Positions 60,945 to 64,000 of a stretch of 64,000 nucleotides of DNA are shown one piece after another. Every line of letters starts with the position of its first letter. Position 1 is the first letter of the stretch. Origin of the DNA: Anthoceros angustus (lineage: Eukaryota; Plantae; Anthocerotophyta); contig VJWM01000280.1 of the NCBI GenBank assembly GCA_010909165.1, positions 78,024 through 142,023 of the forward strand, read 5' to 3'. A program made the translations under genes and the position numbers. The notes under the pieces were generated by a model that was not told where the DNA came from, did no database searches, and was given only the letters and a program-made list of their open reading frames with translations.

Positions 60945-63255
60945 AACTGCCTCTCCAGCTCGAGGACACCTTCGTATCTTCTCATCACGCCCCCATCTTG
61001 TACAAGATTCCATTCCTCAAGCGATGAGGCTACCTTGAAAGCGCTCGTCCTTCCCTACTCAATCCATTGGGCATGATTCCTAACTCGAGAATCTTGAACT
61101 TCTCCATTAGCAAGCGCCTTGCGCCGCAGTGGCCCTTCTCTATCCCTTGAAATCGGGCGGCGTTGCGCCCTTGTGGAAACCACGGCTCCTTCGATCTTGG
61201 TTGAGGACTCATGGCACGTCCTCCACGATTCTCGCTCTGCTGCTATCTCGCCGTTAGGCGTCTCTCCGTCATTGTCCACGAAGTCGATCGAACTTCCCTC
61301 CTGGCGGTTGGATCCAGGTGGTGGACCACTGTGCACCCTCACACGCCGTTGCTCTTGCATGGGGCTCACTGCCACCCTGTGCGTAACTTCCTCTTCATCC
61401 TCTGGTGTCGCGACCAACTCCTCGTCGAAACCTATCGTCTCCGGACCTTCCATTGTTCTCAACCTCGAGATGAAATCAGCGTTGATGTGTCTCTTACCGC
61501 TCGCGTCTCAACATCAAAATCAAACTCTTGCGGCAAAAGAATCCATCGAGCAATTCTTCCACAAAATCCGACATTCACTAGGTACTTGAAGAAATGATCA
61601 ACGTGGAAGGTTACCTTGCGGGCCAAGAGGTAGTGGCGAAACTTCTTGCATGCGTAGATGATTCCCAACGCCTCCCTCTCGGTCGTGAGTAATTTCTCTC
61701 GCGTCGATCAGCTGCCTGCGTAGAAGATAGGATGATCCCTCTTCTCTTCGTCCTTCGGCTCGAATAGCCCCAAGCATCTGCGAGACACATCACGTACGTG
61801 AAATGGGCATTCCCAATTTGGTGGTCTCAAGGTGGGTGCCTCCACCAAACTCCTCTTTAGTTGTTGAAACGCTTCTTCTCTTTCCGTCCACTCAAATGCT
61901 ACGTCCTTCTTTGTGAGTCGGGTTAGACGGCTTTCTTTGCAAAATCTTTGTGAATCTCCTGTAATAGCCGACTAACCCTATGAAAGCTCGACCGCTGACC
62001 GTCCGAGGTGCATCCATCTCGCGATCACCTTGACTTTCTCCATGTCCACTTGGAGTCCTCGTAAACTCGATGAGCGAGGAGAATCCCTCCGTCATCCCGA
62101 AAAACACTTCGGGTGAAGTTTTAGGTTGGTCTCGGCAACGCGTTGAAAACACCGCCCGGATGTTCCCAATGTGAGTGTTGCCTCCCAAAGACACAAAATC
62201 CAAGAAACACTTCCATGAACTTGAAGAAAATCTCTAAAGATACTGTTTACCACTCGTTGGAAAGTTGCAGGGGCATTGCAGAGTCCGAATGGAAGCTTGG
62301 CGTAGGCAAACGTCCCCCAATCCGTGGTGAAAGTGGTCTTGTCTTGATCCTCCTTGCGAAGCGTGATTTGATTGTAATAATAGCCATCTAGGAAGTCAGA
62401 CATTTCATGACCCGCCACCGTGTCCAAAACGCTATCCATGAAGGGTAGTGGATGGTGGTCCTTCTTCGTTGCTTTGAGCCTCACGAAATCTTGACAAACA
62501 CGAACCTTGCCTTGTTGCTTGGGAACCACCACGATGGGCGCCACCCATTGGTGAGAACCGGATAAATCACCCCGCCTAAGTCTTGGTCCAATTGGTCCTT
62601 CACAACCATGGAGTACTTGGGATTGAGGCATCGCTTCACTCGAATCGGCGTGCTTCCCTCCTTGAGGTCAATGCGATGGATTCCTAGCTCTTGAGGAATC
62701 CTACCATATCGTGACCTTAAAGGCAAATACATCTATGTACTTCCTTAGTAAGGCCTTCAACTCCTCTTGTCGAGATACTTGGAAACTTTCACACTTTTGC
62801 CCGGCTTCAACTCCATGTCCTCCACTGCGTCAGGGTCTACATAAACTCCCTCTGGGCTACTGCCCACACTCGTGCCTGATCCTTCCTCCGGAAAGTCGTG
62901 ATCGTAGGCATGACCCTTCCAAAAGGCAGCACCCTCTCGATGCTCCTCATCCTCCTGCAAATCTTCTTCCTCCAGTACGTCAGTATGAAAACATGGGATC
63001 CCCTGTCCCCCATACACCATATCGACTGCTTTGGCTGGTCCTTGGTAAGCCAAATTACTCCCGGACGAACTTCCGCCCGTGCTCCCTGAAGTGTATCCTC
63101 CGCCGAGACTCGCCTCCCTTCGTAAGGTGATCTCCACTCCGCCTGCAGATCTGCCCCGACCAAAGTAACTCCACGCCTCCCAAAATCAAAGATGCAATCG
63201 TCCTACAGCCACGGCCTCCCAAGAAGTACCTTGTACCCCAAGTCCAGAATCGGTC
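60945..63255 (-). mobile_element. Second Ty3/Gypsy family: PR C-terminus, RT and RNase H fragment
   Basis: YKVLLGRPWL (~63220); APIVVVPK..KVRVCQDF..KDHHPLPF..KTTFTTDWGTFAYAKLPFGLCNAPATFQR; FIGLVGYYRRF; IIYACKKFRHYLL..GRIARWILL.QEFDFDV. Confidence 0.9.
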
Positions 63256-63361
63256 TCATCACAATGATTAGTTGTGTTTCGATGATTCTTCTTCTTGTAA
63301 TGCCAGCGTTGCAACTTGTAGGCTGACTTGGTATTGATCAGCTGGCGGGCATCTGTCACAG

Positions 63362-63511
63362 GGAGAAGCTGAGAATAGAAGATGTGCCCCAGGATGTCGC
63401 TGTCATGGTTGCAGAGAAAGGCGGGAGCTTATTGAGTCCGTCTCAGAGGTGGATGATGAATTGGCAGAGCAATTCCTCAATGATGAGGAGATTACTGGCG
63501 CTAAACTCAAG
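63362..63511 (+). CDS. Mitochondrial elongation factor G, internal exon
   Basis: GEKLRIEDVPQDVAVMVAEK(R)RELIESVSEVDDELAEQFLNDEEITGAKLK, flanked by CACAG and GT (one 1-nt indel). Confidence 0.85.
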
Positions 63512-63666
63512 GTGTGTGCTATTACCAGAATCTTTACTAGTCTAACCTGAGTCATGTCTGAGTGCGAGTTTGCCAGCAGACACTGGCGAGGGCACTGTCT
63601 TAACACCTACCTGCATCCAAGTGCCACAGACCTCTATGTCCATGATTGTTGACGTATATGTTGCAG

Positions 63667-63736
63667 GAAGCCATTGAAGAGCTACTTGGGACTCAAGTTC
63701 ATTCCTGTTTTCATGGGAAGCGCTTTCAAGAACAAG
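63667..63736 (+). CDS. Mitochondrial elongation factor G, internal exon
   Basis: EAI(R)RAT.GLKFIPVFMGSAFKNK, flanked by TTGCAG and a GC donor. Confidence 0.88.
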
Positions 63737-63836
63737 GCAATGCAAAATCTCACGTCATGTCAGCATTACACGTTTCCTTTTTACCTTTTTGTTTATCAAT
63801 TGCTATATAACTGAACGGCCTTCTGGTCATCAATAG

Positions 63837-63932
63837 GGTGTGCAACTCCTTCTGGATGGTGTGATAAATTTCTTACCTTGCCCACTAGACGTTAGCAATT
63901 ATGCTCTTGATCAAAACCGGGCTGAAGAGAGG
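63837..63932 (+). CDS. Mitochondrial elongation factor G, internal exon
   Basis: GVQLLLDGVINFLPCPLDVSNYALDQNRAEER, flanked by AATAG and GTGAGC. Confidence 0.88.
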
Positions 63933-64000
63933 GTGAGCCTGTCCACTATAATCTCTGATGTGTAGCAATTTCTGCTGATGTATTACATGAGTTCCTCTGA

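Overview
This is eukaryotic DNA, most likely from a streptophyte plant or alga (inferred from a plant-type mitochondrial EF-G and a plant-type TFIIB). It is repeat-dense and contains many small indels. (1) About 1-45.4 kb is a head-to-tail tandem array of a ~2.55 kb unit carrying an intronless TFIIB-family gene on the minus strand. I count 9 near full-length copies and at least 15 fragments, with a conserved spacer, copy-number-variable 0.75 kb subrepeats and interspersed LTR-retrotransposon fragments. (2) About 50.2-60.9 kb is a nearly complete minus-strand Ty3/Gypsy element with the order gag(CCHC)-PR-C5 DNA methyltransferase (DNMT3-like; motifs I, II, IV, VI, VIII, IX and X visible)-RT-RNaseH-INT-PHD finger between ~550 bp LTRs. 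Tandem INT-PHD-LTR derivatives follow at 46.0-50.2 kb. (3) 60.9-63.25 kb is the PR-RT-RNaseH part of a second Gypsy family. (4) 63.36-63.93 kb holds three internal exons of mitochondrial EF-G. Caveats: every long ORF is frameshifted, with indels concentrated at CG/CNG sites, and many junctions hop between repeats at 6-13 nt microhomologies. Fine structure and copy number may therefore be partly assembly or consensus artefact. Coordinates of degraded domains are approximate. I found no rRNA, tRNA or CRISPR features.
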